A stretch of 64,000 nt of DNA from Prochlorococcus sp. AG-449-O05. GTDB taxonomy: Bacteria; Cyanobacteriota; Cyanobacteriia; PCC-6307; Cyanobiaceae. Location: the NCBI GenBank assembly GCA_003212195.1, contig QCQM01000001.1, forward strand, positions 42,378 through 106,377. The letters are read 5' to 3'. The notes beneath the pieces were generated by a model, which saw only the letters and a list, made by a program, of their open reading frames with translations, was not told the origin of the DNA and did no database searches. The position numbers and the translations under genes were made by a program. Positions 62,719-64,000 of this stretch are shown here, in pieces; positions within the stretch are counted from its first letter, which is position 1; the number at the start of each line of letters is the position of its first letter.

Positions 62719-64000
62719 ATGCAAAAAGGTGTTCCACAGATAATGGATATTACATCTATTAGATCTATCTTGCATTATTTGAGAAAGAACATCTTACCTA
62801 CAAAGTTTGAGACTGCTCAACAACCAGAGCCTAATACAATTCAATTATGTTTTAGAGGAGTTGATTCTCAAACATGGTTAGAAGTTTCATGGAATGGAGA
62901 CTCTCCAAGAATACTAAAGATAAATAAGCCAGAAAAGATTGGGAGAGAAAGCACACTTTCTAAACAAATAAGATACGGATTAAAGTATATGGCTTTAATT
63001 TCAATTGATCAAGATGATTTCGAGAGAGTTATTAAATTTAGCTTTGCGAAAAAACCTGGAGATGAAATTAATAAGTATTTAATTTTTGAATTAATGGGAA
63101 AACATAGTAATATTTTTTATTTGGATAATAAACATAAAATAATTGCCGTTGGTAAACAAATTAAATCAAGTCAATCTAGTTTTAGAACAATTTCAACAGG
63201 ATCAATTTATTCTGGCCCTCCAGTTAATCTAAAAAAACAACCTAGAGAAGATGAGTCTTTTCAATCATGGAAAGACTCAATTTCAATAGTACCTGAGTCC
63301 TTGAAAAACTGTTTAATAAATACCTATCAAGGAGTTAGCCCTATCCTCACAAAACAATTAGAGTTTGTTAGCGAAACTGTTAATTCAGAAATAATGGAAA
63401 AAAATATTGATTTCATTAGCGATTCGGACTTAAAGGAGATATTTAAAAATTGGAAGATTTGGATAAACAGGTTTAAAAAAAATAACTTTAACTTTTCTAA
63501 ATTTAACAAAGATTTTTATTGCGTTTGGTTTTTTGATAACGAAATTAATTGCGAAAATAAAATAGATTTATGCACCAGTTTAGAGAATTATTATGATTAT
63601 CATCTAAAACAAAAAAAACTTGAATTATTGGAAAAGAAAATTGAAGGGATAATTTTTAAACAAACTAATACTGAGAAAAAGAATTTAAATATTCAATATG
63701 ATCTTCTAACAAAATCAGAAAACTTCGAGGTATATAAAGAAAAAGCTGATAATATTTTCACTTCTAATGAAATTAAAAAACAAGATATTATTAAGGGACA
63801 AAAACTATATAAAAAATCAAAAAAACTAAAGAGATCTAGAGAACTAATAAAAGAAAGATTAAGTATTTACAAAACACATATAGAGAGATTGGATGAATTC
63901 ACTACGCTTCTAGAAAATTTAAATTCTTTGAATCATGAAAACCTTTTTATGAGAATCAAACTACTAGAGGAAATTATGGAAGAAATTTGTAACGAATTTA
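62719..64000 (+). CDS. rqcH: NFACT/FbpA family protein (RqcH/Rqc2 homologue), 3' end outside the window
   Basis: ATG 62719 after AAGGA; MDITS, AQQPEP, FERVI and FELMGKHSN; frame continues towards the window edge. Confidence 0.85.
   Translation, partial: MQKGVPQIMDITSIRSILHYLRKNILPTKFETAQQPEPNTIQLCFRGVDSQTWLEVSWNGDSPRILKINKPEKIGRESTLSKQIRYGLKYMALISIDQDDFERVIKFSFAKKPGDEINKYLIFELMGKHSNIFYLDNKHKIIAVGKQIKSSQSSFRTISTGSIYSGPPVNLKKQPREDESFQSWKDSISIVPESLKNCLINTYQGVSPILTKQLEFVSETVNSEIMEKNIDFISDSDLKEIFKNWKIWINRFKKNNFNFSKFNKDFYCVWFFDNEINCENKIDLCTSLENYYDYHLKQKKLELLEKKIEGIIFKQTNTEKKNLNIQYDLLTKSENFEVYKEKADNIFTSNEIKKQDIIKGQKLYKKSKKLKRSRELIKERLSIYKTHIERLDEFTTLLENLNSLNHENLFMRIKLLEEIMEEICNEF

Overview
Low-GC, gene-dense cyanobacterial chromosome segment. 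Gene content (psaF/psaJ, psb27, hli, ado/aar, CAB-domain hemH, hyperconserved protein Hcp), compactness and AT-richness point to a high-light Prochlorococcus marinus. This is almost entirely core genome: about 70 CDSs from trpF to a truncated rqcH, plus tRNA-Trp(CCA) and tRNA-Asp(GTC). I saw no rRNA, CRISPR array, IS element, prophage or accessory island, and I cannot claim a clearly new system. The best leads are: (1) a UPF0104-family membrane gene apparently broken by an out-of-frame internal deletion; (2) a cargo-less tyrosine recombinase with intact catalytic residues; (3) an excisionase-like wHTH gene heading a run that includes a PPase paralogue with active-site substitutions; (4) pgeF, which appears to need a non-canonical (probably ATT) start; (5) a Pta-N/SLOG/YajQ nucleotide-binding cluster; (6) a perfect 21-bp coding repeat in a COG0523 GTPase. 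psaJ, hli and rqcH are absent from the supplied ORF track and were read by hand. All product calls come from recognising motifs and families; no database searches were run.
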